DNA from: a virus
Virus record (IMG/VR): IMGVR_UViG_3300011116_001048
Coordinates: 32,001-96,000 of that record
DNA length: 64,000 nucleotides
Direction: 5' to 3' (one strand)
Shown: positions 38,994-48,612 of the stretch, in pieces
Numbering within the stretch: position 1 is the stretch's first letter
Layout of the letters: the number at the start of each line of letters is the position of its first letter
The notes under the pieces: generated by a model
What the model saw: only the letters and a program-made list of their open reading frames with translations
Databases searched by the model: none
What the model was told of the DNA's origin: nothing
Made by a program: the position numbers and the translations under genes

Positions 38994-39508
38994 TAATAGG
39001 AGAATATACATACGGTCACGAGACCATTAATTTAATAAAACCAAAAGAAAATCCTTATAATTTAATTATAAAAAAATTTTGTTCTATTGGGGAAAATTTA
39101 ACAGTTTATATGGGAGGTCACCATAGAAAAGAATGGATTACTACGTATCCTTTTGGTCATAGATACAAACAAACATTTAATCAATTTGATGGAAAAGAAT
39201 ACTGCGTATTTAAAGGTGATGTGATTATAGGAAATGACGTATGGATTGGAATGAATGTGTTTATTATGGATGGAGTCTCCATAGGAGATGGTGCAATAAT
39301 TGCTGCTAATTCTCATGTTATAAAAAACGTAGAACCATATTCAATATACGGTGGAAATCCAGCAAAATTAATAAAATATAGATTTTCAAAAGAATTAATA
39401 AATCATTTATTAAAATTACAATGGTGGGACAAATCAATTGAAGAAATTAATAGCATATTGACAATATTGTGTTCAAATAATTACGAGGATATAAAAAAAA
39501 TAAAATGA
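38990..39508 (+). CDS. CatB/Vat-type hexapeptide O-acetyltransferase
   Basis: Motifs .G.YTYG, FCSIG, .TTYPF and IGNDVWIG......GV.IGDGAIIAA...V.K.V.PY.I.GGNPA..I..RF. Confidence 0.88.
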   Translation: MIIGEYTYGHETINLIKPKENPYNLIIKKFCSIGENLTVYMGGHHRKEWITTYPFGHRYKQTFNQFDGKEYCVFKGDVIIGNDVWIGMNVFIMDGVSIGDGAIIAANSHVIKNVEPYSIYGGNPAKLIKYRFSKELINHLLKLQWWDKSIEEINSILTILCSNNYEDIKKIK

Positions 39509-40389
39509 AAATACTTTACATATCATTAGGACAACCTGATTATCAGTGTGATTGTGTCATGCACGGATTATATAATTTATTGGGGGCAGATTTAACACAT
39601 ACAGATAATTATCATTTAATGTATAAACAGCACACTAGTCCAGAATTACTAAAAACTATTTCCGGGAGAGGTTTTACTATATGGGGCAATCTTCCATTAT
39701 ACCTCAATGATAATTCTGATATTGAAAATAAAATAAAATCCAAATATTTTGATTATGTAATATATGGCAGCTATAGAAGGTGTTTAGATTATTTGGATAC
39801 AGTAAAGCAAAATTATCCAGCAAATAAAATAGCGTTTATAGACGGAGAAGATGATACTAATTTAATTAAACCAGCTGATGGAGTTATATTTAAAAGAGAA
39901 TTGGTTTATGATATTAATGGAGTACATCCGATATCTTTTGCAATACCCAAAGAAAAAATATGGAACAATGCAACATTAAAAGAAAAATATAAAAAAATAG
40001 CAAACTATAAACCATCAAATCCTGGAACCGGATATGTGTATACAGAAGAACAAGAATACTATAATGATTATAAAACATCCTATTTTGCTCTTACACACAA
40101 AAAGGGAGGTTGGGATTGTATGCGGCATTATGAAATTTTAGCAAATTTTTGCATACCGTATTTTCCAAATATAGAAAATTGCCCAACAAAAACCATGTAC
40201 AATTTTCCTAAAGATAAAATTATTAAAGGCAATAAAATGTTTGAAGATAATTTTAATGAAGACATCAAAACAATTAATATAGAACAATACTCTGAATTAT
40301 TATACAGCATTTTTGAATATACAAAAAATAATTTAACAACAGAAAATTTAGCAAAATATATTATACATACTATAAAGAAGGATTCTTAA
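39505..40389 (+). CDS. Hypothetical protein, probably glycosyltransferase-like
   Basis: DY..D....GL, FIDGED, FKREL, PI.F.IP..K, Y...Y..S.F..T..K.GWDC.RHYEI.A..C.P; resembles GT-B C-terminal domains. Confidence 0.5.
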   Translation: MKILYISLGQPDYQCDCVMHGLYNLLGADLTHTDNYHLMYKQHTSPELLKTISGRGFTIWGNLPLYLNDNSDIENKIKSKYFDYVIYGSYRRCLDYLDTVKQNYPANKIAFIDGEDDTNLIKPADGVIFKRELVYDINGVHPISFAIPKEKIWNNATLKEKYKKIANYKPSNPGTGYVYTEEQEYYNDYKTSYFALTHKKGGWDCMRHYEILANFCIPYFPNIENCPTKTMYNFPKDKIIKGNKMFEDNFNEDIKTINIEQYSELLYSIFEYTKNNLTTENLAKYIIHTIKKDS

Positions 40390-40391
40390 TT

Positions 40392-41387
40392 ATGAAAAAT
40401 GTTTTAATTACAGGCGGCGTTGGTTTTGTTGGTCACCATATGGTGAATTATTTATTACAAAATAGTGATGCAAATATTATTGTTATGGATAGATTGGATA
40501 CTTCTGGTAATCTTAATCGATTAACAGAAATGACCAGCTATCAAAAAAATAAAAATCGTGTAAATTTTGTTTGGCATGATTTTAAATCAGAAATTATTAA
40601 AAACGAAGTACTGGGAGCCATGTTAGGTAAACCAGATACTATACTACACGTCGGCGCAGGATCGCATGTTGACAGAAGTATTGAAGATCCATTATCCTTT
40701 GTTATGGATAATGTCGTAGGTACATGTAATGTTTTAAATTATGCAAGACAATTAGATAATTTAGAAAATATAGTATATTTTTCTACAGATGAAGTATTCG
40801 GCCCTGCTGCACCTGGCATCGCACATCATGAGTGGCATCATTATAATTCCGGCAATCCGTATTCTGCATCAAAGGCAGGAGGAGAAGAACTTTGTCTAGC
40901 ATTCCACAATACGTATAAATTACCAGTTATGATATCGCATTGTATGAATATTTTTGGTGAACGACAACACCCAGAGAAATTTATACCTTCTTGTATACGA
41001 AAAATATACAAAGGCGAAAAGGTAATAATTCACAGCAATAAAGATTTAACAAAAGCAGGAAGTAGATTTTATATTCACGCAAATAATGTGTGCTCTGCTG
41101 TGAACTTTATATTAAATAAAGGAACTCATGGAGACAAGTACAATATCGTTGGAGAAAAAGAATTAGATAATTATCAAGTTGCTTCTATTATCGCGGATAT
41201 TCTTGGCAAACCATTAAATTATCAATTTGTTGATTTTCATAGTAGCAGACCTGGGCACGATTTAAGATATGCTCTAGACGGTTCAAAATTGGCAAAAATG
41301 GGCTGGAATTTAGAATGCACCGTAGAAAAATCATTAGAAGCTACCGTTAAATGGTCATTAGAAAATCCTAAATGGATTGGAATGTAA
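40392..41387 (+). CDS. rfbB: dTDP-glucose 4,6-dehydratase (RmlB/RfbB-type SDR)
   Basis: Motifs GGVGFVG, A.SHVDRSI, STDEVFG, NPYSASKA, N.FGERQHPEKFIP and RPGHD.RY..D..K. Confidence 0.88.
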   Translation: MKNVLITGGVGFVGHHMVNYLLQNSDANIIVMDRLDTSGNLNRLTEMTSYQKNKNRVNFVWHDFKSEIIKNEVLGAMLGKPDTILHVGAGSHVDRSIEDPLSFVMDNVVGTCNVLNYARQLDNLENIVYFSTDEVFGPAAPGIAHHEWHHYNSGNPYSASKAGGEELCLAFHNTYKLPVMISHCMNIFGERQHPEKFIPSCIRKIYKGEKVIIHSNKDLTKAGSRFYIHANNVCSAVNFILNKGTHGDKYNIVGEKELDNYQVASIIADILGKPLNYQFVDFHSSRPGHDLRYALDGSKLAKMGWNLECTVEKSLEATVKWSLENPKWIGM

Positions 41388-41399
41388 TTTTTATCAGTA

Positions 41400-42659
41400 A
41401 TGGAGAATAAACACGTGCCTAAATTATGCTTATCGATGATTGTTAAGAATGAAACTCACATCATCAAAGAGTGCTTAGATACTATTTCAAAATACGTTGA
41501 TTATTGGGTTATTGTAGACACCGGCTCTACAGACGGCACTCAAGACCTAATTCGTAATTATTTTGCAGAAAAAGGAATCCCCGGAGAGCTCCACGAACGT
41601 CCATGGGTAGGTTTCGGGCATAACAGATCAGAAGCTCTGGCTCTTTGTGATGGAAAGGCTGATTGGGCTTGGATGATTGATGCTGATGATTATATCGAAG
41701 GTAAATTTGAATTTCCTATAAACATTCCTCAAGAAATTGATGCGTTTGCGTTAAAATTTAAACGTCAAGAATTTGTGTGGTGGCGCACTCAAATATTTAA
41801 AACCGGATGTGGTTGGAAATACGTAGGCGTCCTTCACGAATATCCAACAATAGAAAATAAACAACCAAACATTAGTAAAATTGATGGAAATTACGCAATC
41901 GTTGCTCGTACCATGGGGGCACGTAATCTTAATATTACGCCTATAGAAAAGTATAAAAAAGATGCAGAGCTTCTAGAAAAGGCACTTCAAGAAGAACCTA
42001 ACAATATACGATACCAGTTCTATCTGGCTCAAAGCTATTTTGATTCGCAGCAATGGGAAAAAGCAGAAGAAGCGTACATAAAACGTGTACATATGGGTGG
42101 TTGGGAAGAAGAACAATTCTACGCTGCGTATCGTATAGGCATGTGCCGGGGGCTGCAAAACAAACCGTGGATTGAAATCCAACAAGCATTCTTGGAAGCA
42201 TGGGAACTACGTCCTACCCGGGCAGAACCCTTACATCAAATTGCAAGAATTTACCGTTTAATGGGGCATCCTCGTTTGGGGTTCTTGTACGCCAAAATGG
42301 CTGCAGAAATTCCTTATCCTTCAGACGATATTTTATTCGTATCAGAAGATGTTTACAAATACGGAATTTTAGATGAGCTTGGATCCACTGCATTCTATGC
42401 GGGCAAGCCCCATATGGGCTATGCTGCATGCAAGAAACTACTCACCGAAACCCGTTTACCAGAGGACCAAATTCCTCGGGTACAAAACAATCTAAACGAA
42501 TATCTGAAGTTTTTTGAACAAACTAATCAGACGCATCTTATCCAACAAATAGATGAGCAGGCCAAAAAACAGAGCGAAAAAAAGGACCATAAACCCGCAA
42601 TTTTCCCTGCTCATTTACCCAAAAAGAAGTTTAAGGACCGAAAAGCTGTCAGTCGATAA
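41400..42659 (+). CDS. GT2 glycosyltransferase fused to C-terminal TPR-like helices
   Basis: L.MIVKNE...I..CL, DTGSTDGT, F...R..AL, the DxD motif IDADD and G..HEY, then RY.FYLAQSY.D...W.KA...Y..R and P.RAEP. Confidence 0.85.
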   Translation: MENKHVPKLCLSMIVKNETHIIKECLDTISKYVDYWVIVDTGSTDGTQDLIRNYFAEKGIPGELHERPWVGFGHNRSEALALCDGKADWAWMIDADDYIEGKFEFPINIPQEIDAFALKFKRQEFVWWRTQIFKTGCGWKYVGVLHEYPTIENKQPNISKIDGNYAIVARTMGARNLNITPIEKYKKDAELLEKALQEEPNNIRYQFYLAQSYFDSQQWEKAEEAYIKRVHMGGWEEEQFYAAYRIGMCRGLQNKPWIEIQQAFLEAWELRPTRAEPLHQIARIYRLMGHPRLGFLYAKMAAEIPYPSDDILFVSEDVYKYGILDELGSTAFYAGKPHMGYAACKKLLTETRLPEDQIPRVQNNLNEYLKFFEQTNQTHLIQQIDEQAKKQSEKKDHKPAIFPAHLPKKKFKDRKAVSR

Positions 42660-42661
42660 AC

Positions 42662-42669
42662 GATAAATA
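42662..42669 (+). promoter_or_regulatory. Late promoter-like GATAAATA, 5 nt before the ATG at 42675
   Basis: 7/8 match to consensus; marks the switch from glyco-enzymes to structural genes. Confidence 0.55.
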
Positions 42670-42674
42670 CTCGT

Positions 42675-43085
42675 ATGACAGCAAAATACGACTTATCAAT
42701 CAATCAGGGTTCTAATTTTGATCTTTGGGTACAGTACTTAACAGACGGAAATACCGCTGTTAATTTGTCTCCGTACCGAGCAGAAATGCAAATAAAACGG
42801 TACAGAGGAGCAGACTATCCTTTAGTGTTTGCTACCAATAACGGAATAACCTACGGATACACCGGTGGCTATACCGGTGGAATAGGTGGCGTAGGAGGCA
42901 TCACCCTTAATAGAAACTATGATGGATCCGGTTTGACAGGGGGTATCTACATCACTATGGACGCAAACACAACCGATTCTATGCCATACGGTAAATACTT
43001 CTACGATATTAAATTATTAATAGGAACCACGTATTCACAAAGACTTTTAGAAGGTAGAGTTTCTGTTGAAGGGAAAGTCGTTTGA
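42675..43085 (+). CDS. Virion structural protein, BppU-like Ig-type anchor domain
   Basis: YD..I.QG..F......D.....NL..Y.A.MQI.R ... T......Y.YD..L ... R.LEG...V. Confidence 0.55.
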   Translation: MTAKYDLSINQGSNFDLWVQYLTDGNTAVNLSPYRAEMQIKRYRGADYPLVFATNNGITYGYTGGYTGGIGGVGGITLNRNYDGSGLTGGIYITMDANTTDSMPYGKYFYDIKLLIGTTYSQRLLEGRVSVEGKVV

Positions 43086-45457
43086 AAATCAAAATTCGTC
43101 AAATTTCAGAAAATATATCATTTTTTGAACCCGATTTATACTACAGTTTTCCAAAATTAAAATTAAATCAGGCGACGAAATATGTTACTTTATTCGGACC
43201 GTATGAAGGAATATACGACTTTTTACCGGCTGTTCCAGTAGATTTTACTGTACAATTTGATACAGTATTTAAATATCTTATAAACAGATATGAACCAGAG
43301 TGGGCTCAAGGGAAAACAGCAGTGGCCCAAACTTTGGGGGTTTCTTTATCAGAAAATCCTTTTAATACTGGTGGTTCTGTCATGTCTGCATTTCAATATG
43401 TTGCAAACCCTTCAACAATAGGCGCATCTGCTGGTTGGTTTGATACATTTACACACCCCAGATATTATGCAAATGCTGTAAAATCTACTTATATACCATT
43501 TCAACGAGCCAAATCACCACAAAATGCAAATCTTAAATTTATTGATTACGATTTAAGAGCACTTCTGGCGGTAGATTATCATTATAACCAAGGGGGTTAT
43601 GCTACAAGTTTTTTCAATATAGGTCCAAAATTTACTTGGGATCCTGATGATTCAGATTTAGAACAACAAATTTCTTTTAATATTCAACAAAATCATGATA
43701 ATGGTATTAAAAGAATTATGTTGCATAGTCCATATGGTTATTTAAGAAGTGCAATGAGTGATCTTTTGGCTGTTGGTGCATGGAGAGCCGTTCCTTGGAT
43801 TTCAGACAGATACAGTTCTGAAGGATTTAAGTTTGATTCTTATTTAATGTTACAAGAATCAACAACAGTTAGAGATCTATTAAATGATCCATTAGCAATC
43901 AGAAATGCTTTATTGGGAGTTACCGTTGATGGAATTACTGATATTAATTTAAACACCTTATATCGCGGACTAACATTTTTAGAAGGAACCGTAGCAGCAA
44001 AACGAGATTTTAATAGAGCCAATACTATTGGTTATACCATGAGCGTTAATGTTGGTTCTCCATGGATTAAATATCCACAAGGGTTGACCTGGCAAGGTGG
44101 ATGGTTCAGTGCAAATACTCCGGGCATTTGTTTTGATAAAAGAACACTAATAATGTATGATGGTTCTACATTTTCTGATACCCCACCAACAATAAACAAC
44201 ACGTTTACCCCTGCTAATATTCCAGCCGGTTCTGAGACAGGATTATCGTTTGGATACGGCACTAAACTATTAAATTCACTTAATAAATTGTCTACCGAAT
44301 GGGGAGATAAGATAGAATTTATCGGCTATCTGGGAATGCTTCCATACGGACCGATGCACGAAACAGCAGTGCCATGGATGTTTTATAAAGATCCAACAAA
44401 CAACGAAAACGTAAAATACACTAAATGGCGGTTAGACGCTTCAGTATCTCACTGGAAGAATAAATTTAAATCACCACACGACGGATTTGCGCACGTGTTT
44501 ATGGATGCTAGTGCTGTTATTGACCGTACGTATCACAAGTATCAAGCACCGGGATTTACTGCTTGGAAAAATATATTAGCACCGGGAGTAAGTTTTGTTG
44601 AAAACATTCCCGTTTCGTGGGCGCGAGATCAATACAATTACAGTAGAGGAATTTCCGGACCTAATACAAACAAAGCTGTAATATTAGGAACAGAAACATT
44701 TGCCCAATATATGTTTAAATACGATGCATATTACGGCGATCCTACAAGAACCGAACAAAGCAGATTTAACGGAGATTCTGCGCCTAGACATTGGTGTTTG
44801 GACGATGATATAGCAACAGATTTACATTCTAGATCGTACGATTTACTTTTAGGTCAAAGAAAATGGGGAATAACTTATTCAAATGCTATTTGGGGCCGTG
44901 GCGTATGTGGTTCGTCTGATTTGGGAGAAATACTAACAGTAGATACTCCGGCGAATATGCAAACTTTAGATGCGTATCCTATGTTTTATAATAGTTTTAT
45001 TGGTATTTCTGGTAGTGCTTTATATTGGAAAACTGTTCCCAATACAACATATCTTGGAAACACTTCAGGAATTCCTTGGAACCGGGACAGGCGTTTCCGA
45101 TTATTTTATCTGTATCCTATGATGTTGGCTTTGAATACTACAATAGTAGATCATATGCACAATGGAATGGGTTATTATAGGCCACAAGAATCTGGCTGGT
45201 TTGATATTTCATTAGGAAATACATTTAATAATAATATGGAAAGTTCTGCAGAATACCCTGTAGTCGCTTCGTATCCAAGAAGCAACAGAAAAACGCCAAC
45301 CACTCCACCCAGAAATTATTGGTCAGGAAATAAATCTTCTTCGGAATTTGAATTATTATACGCATGTATGAAGGCAGGAGTTACTATGGGCCTAAATAGT
45401 TTAGGATTTAATAATTTGTATAATCAACTATACAACGAAGGTGCTACAGGATTTTGA
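43082..45457 (+). CDS. Large hypothetical protein, aromatic-rich, possibly glycan-active
   Basis: 791-aa ORF with a TTG start overlapping the upstream stop; rich in Trp/Tyr/Phe, with alternating strand/helix segments (GIKRIMLHSPYG, IEFIGYLG, VFMDAS, ILGTET). Confidence 0.45.
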   Translation: MKIKIRQISENISFFEPDLYYSFPKLKLNQATKYVTLFGPYEGIYDFLPAVPVDFTVQFDTVFKYLINRYEPEWAQGKTAVAQTLGVSLSENPFNTGGSVMSAFQYVANPSTIGASAGWFDTFTHPRYYANAVKSTYIPFQRAKSPQNANLKFIDYDLRALLAVDYHYNQGGYATSFFNIGPKFTWDPDDSDLEQQISFNIQQNHDNGIKRIMLHSPYGYLRSAMSDLLAVGAWRAVPWISDRYSSEGFKFDSYLMLQESTTVRDLLNDPLAIRNALLGVTVDGITDINLNTLYRGLTFLEGTVAAKRDFNRANTIGYTMSVNVGSPWIKYPQGLTWQGGWFSANTPGICFDKRTLIMYDGSTFSDTPPTINNTFTPANIPAGSETGLSFGYGTKLLNSLNKLSTEWGDKIEFIGYLGMLPYGPMHETAVPWMFYKDPTNNENVKYTKWRLDASVSHWKNKFKSPHDGFAHVFMDASAVIDRTYHKYQAPGFTAWKNILAPGVSFVENIPVSWARDQYNYSRGISGPNTNKAVILGTETFAQYMFKYDAYYGDPTRTEQSRFNGDSAPRHWCLDDDIATDLHSRSYDLLLGQRKWGITYSNAIWGRGVCGSSDLGEILTVDTPANMQTLDAYPMFYNSFIGISGSALYWKTVPNTTYLGNTSGIPWNRDRRFRLFYLYPMMLALNTTIVDHMHNGMGYYRPQESGWFDISLGNTFNNNMESSAEYPVVASYPRSNRKTPTTPPRNYWSGNKSSSEFELLYACMKAGVTMGLNSLGFNNLYNQLYNEGATGF

Positions 45458-45472
45458 TGTTTTTTTATTACC

Positions 45473-48400
45473 ATGAAATTAAAAATACGAAACATTTTAA
45501 ATCAAATAACTCCAAAAATAATTCAAGGAGTCCGTCGTAGTGTATTTTCGCTCTCTATAAAAGATAAAATACAATATCAAATTATACCGTTACAAATACC
45601 GTATCCAAATATAATAGGAGAATCAGAATCATACAATATTATTCTGGGTTCTTGGTTTGAAATACCTAATAGCTCCAGTTTAACTTCTATTGTTCCGTTT
45701 GTCTGGGTTAGCTATAATGATATTTTTAATATTAATAATTCCAATACACCTATTGAATCCGCATCTGCCGTAAGAAGCCGATTGGATGGAATTTCGGCTG
45801 GTAAACGGTTCCTTGCTCCTATACGATATTGGGGACCCAGATCAATTTGGGGGGCAACAACCGACAATATACCGTCCGGATCTGTTCCCGGAGTGACAAA
45901 CGTAACTCCATGGGCAGATACTGGAATAAAAGGAGTAACTACCGAATGGAATTCTTGGTTAGATTCTCTGGGAACTACTTTTGATTTTCTTATTATTGAT
46001 CAAGAAAACCAATACATGATAAGTTCCTTTGATGGAATTACTTTTGAAAAAAAATTAAAAGGACTAACCGGAGACTCCAGATATACGCAAGCAAAATACG
46101 GCCTTTCTTCTTTGTCTGATTTGTTATCAGGAATTACATTAACTAACGTTACTTTAGGAGCATATTCTTCAGGAGCAGAATATATCACATTCAATAAAGT
46201 TATTGGGCAATACGGTGCAGCAGTACTGAATCGTGCATTGTGGGATTATTCAAAACAAAAATTACCAGATTTAAGAGGAAGCAATTACGACGGATTTATT
46301 GCTACAATAAACCCCGGACCGGATTCTAATGGTCACCCACAAAGCCACGACGATATCTTTGGTACTGCTTCTGCACCACATTTCTACGGAATATTAGAAG
46401 GAATAAAGACCGCATGGTATGTGAACAAATCCAACCCAACTCAATTAATTTTTAGATACACTGCACCTGCTGGATACACTTTTTCGGATCTGGTGCCACA
46501 AACCGTTTGGTCTGGATTTATTCAAAGCCAACAGCTAGCACGGTCTGTTCGTCGTTCTGATGCTACTAAAGGATTTCATCCGTGGATCGCCAGTCCAGGA
46601 TACACCGGAATTTCGGTTGATGCTCCTGTATTATTTTCTACAGACGATAGGTATTATTACGAAAATATAATACATCTTGGACTATTGGGAGCAGAAGCGT
46701 ATTTGTATTGGAATCCATCACAATTTAATGGATTAAGTTTAACGTATGCAACTAAAATAGATTCCACAATAAACGAATTAAACACGCGATTTGGTAATAA
46801 AAGAATAAAAGAAACAGCCCCATCAGGACTTACTTCCATTTCTTGGAACACAAATTATATAACAACAGGGGCTAAACTAGCAAACAATACGTATTTGTGG
46901 CGAACAACATTTAAACCAGAAATTTCAATAGCTGTTGATACAAGCACAAATGTACAATATATTTTGGGTTCTGATGTTGGTGTCTGGAAAACAACCACAA
47001 ACTCTACCCCACCAGAATATTCATATATTGACAGTTTAATATTTTATGACGGTAGTACAGGCGGAATAACTCAAATTTACGATATTAGACAAATGAGTGG
47101 TGGTGGTAGAGCTCCTGTTGCTGCTTACGAAGCAATGGGAGCCAAATATATGCCGTATGTGCAAAATATAGATCCGTATTATTTGTGGTATTACGACAAA
47201 ATTGACGGCATTCCTGGTCTAACTACTGGTTGGAAAGGCGGTCTGACTGCTAATGGCTCTTTACGATTTGGTGAAGGGTATAATACTAATGCTTTCAATT
47301 ACGTGACATCACGAGAAATCGACAACATAGTTCGTCTTCTGGTGTTACAAGGGGTAACTGCAAGTAAAACCGAATATATTTACATAAATTGGTTTGAAGA
47401 TCATAGAGATGTTGGTCATTTTGGGTTTGGAGTAATGACAGGTCCAACCGATAGTGTTGATATTATCAGCACCACTGTCGATAATAACGGAATAACATTC
47501 CAACAGCCGCAAGCTTTAATTTCTCAAGACAATCAAGGACGAACTGTTCGACAAAACTTTACAGAACTAGCGTACACTATAGCAAAAATTTTTGATGGCG
47601 GAACAGGAACAGACGGCGTATATTTCCACGGTTTACGTCATTACTTTCCTAAATGTAAATTTGGTGTGTACAATTGGCCTGTTTGGGGTTATTATTTTCA
47701 AGACGGTTCCGGGAACGTGTTAGGAAATAACGTTTCTGTTGCGAACATTCAAAGTAAAATTGATTTTTATGCGGACGCGTGGATTAAAGGAATGAGTGGT
47801 GCTATTGATTCTTTTGATATGTGGATGCCTAGTTTTTATTCTAGTTTAAATTCTCCAGATATGAATAGAATTAGAGTTATACAAGGGGTTTCCGCATGCG
47901 TTAAGATTAATGAATTATTGAGTGCAGCAGGAAAACCTAAAAAATTAATTATTCCGTTTGTTAGTGTGTTCTACAACACCATAGCAACAGGCAACCCGTA
48001 TTCACGGCAAACTTACGAAACAGAATATTATTATACTCCTCCTTGGACTATACAGACCGATGCTAATATAAATTACGAACAGTTACAACCTATTATGAAT
48101 GGTGGAGGAAATGGAATTGCTATATGGCAAAATACCGCTACCAATAGATGGATCGTGGCGGGAAGAATAACTAACGGACAAAATGAAGACACAGCACCAC
48201 AACCAGAGTGGCGAAAATGGATGTTTAATCACCCAGGCGGAACAACGGCTGGAATTAATCAGTGGTCGGATAAAACTATGTTAAGGCAAGCAATTTCAGC
48301 ACAGTATAATTACCTTAAAGGCGTGTGTTTGGGTGCAACAGGAAATCGTTGGTGGTGGGCAACAGCAAGCCAGAACACATTTGCAGGCCCTGTAGAACAG

Positions 48401-48598
48401 TATACGCCGTCAGAATGGTTACCGTTGGGACTGTCGTTGGCTCCTTACGGAAACAAAGTAGCGTATTACAACGGAACAGCAGACAGAGGAGCCACTTCAT
48501 CGTTTGAAACTCAACAAATAATAGACTATGTATTAGAAGACGCAAAAGTTCGAATGATACAAACCGCTAAATCTCTTTGGTCTAAAAACAATACTTAA
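45473..48598 (+). CDS. Large protein with two putative glycoside-hydrolase-like barrels
   Basis: Domain 1 has FLIIDQE...SAPHFYG...PWI...LYWNP. Domain 2 has [12 protein letters not shown]...MWMPSFY...GGNGIAIW, resembling GH56 hyaluronidase motifs. Confidence 0.45.
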   Translation: MKLKIRNILNQITPKIIQGVRRSVFSLSIKDKIQYQIIPLQIPYPNIIGESESYNIILGSWFEIPNSSSLTSIVPFVWVSYNDIFNINNSNTPIESASAVRSRLDGISAGKRFLAPIRYWGPRSIWGATTDNIPSGSVPGVTNVTPWADTGIKGVTTEWNSWLDSLGTTFDFLIIDQENQYMISSFDGITFEKKLKGLTGDSRYTQAKYGLSSLSDLLSGITLTNVTLGAYSSGAEYITFNKVIGQYGAAVLNRALWDYSKQKLPDLRGSNYDGFIATINPGPDSNGHPQSHDDIFGTASAPHFYGILEGIKTAWYVNKSNPTQLIFRYTAPAGYTFSDLVPQTVWSGFIQSQQLARSVRRSDATKGFHPWIASPGYTGISVDAPVLFSTDDRYYYENIIHLGLLGAEAYLYWNPSQFNGLSLTYATKIDSTINELNTRFGNKRIKETAPSGLTSISWNTNYITTGAKLANNTYLWRTTFKPEISIAVDTSTNVQYILGSDVGVWKTTTNSTPPEYSYIDSLIFYDGSTGGITQIYDIRQMSGGGRAPVAAYEAMGAKYMPYVQNIDPYYLWYYDKIDGIPGLTTGWKGGLTANGSLRFGEGYNTNAFNYVTSREIDNIVRLLVLQGVTASKTEYIYINWFEDHRDVGHFGFGVMTGPTDSVDIISTTVDNNGITFQQPQALISQDNQGRTVRQNFTELAYTIAKIFDGGTGTDGVYFHGLRHYFPKCKFGVYNWPVWGYYFQDGSGNVLGNNVSVANIQSKIDFYADAWIKGMSGAIDSFDMWMPSFYSSLNSPDMNRIRVIQGVSACVKINELLSAAGKPKKLIIPFVSVFYNTIATGNPYSRQTYETEYYYTPPWTIQTDANINYEQLQPIMNGGGNGIAIWQNTATNRWIVAGRITNGQNEDTAPQPEWRKWMFNHPGGTTAGINQWSDKTMLRQAISAQYNYLKGVCLGATGNRWWWATASQNTFAGPVEQYTPSEWLPLGLSLAPYGNKVAYYNGTADRGATSSFETQQIIDYVLEDAKVRMIQTAKSLWSKNNT

Positions 48599-48612
48599 TA
48601 ATTTTTAATCGT

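Noticed and set aside
38990-39508. Antibiotic-resistance gene (catB/vat)
   Set aside because: The family match is real, but its position inside a glycan operon points to a sugar O-acetyltransferase. Resistance cannot be claimed from the fold alone.
29192-42659. Giant eukaryotic virus (NCLDV) origin of the contig
   Set aside because: Several glyco genes resemble types seen in giant viruses, but the flanking gp13-23, gp55, regA and gp41-47 genes and the promoters are unambiguously T4-like phage.
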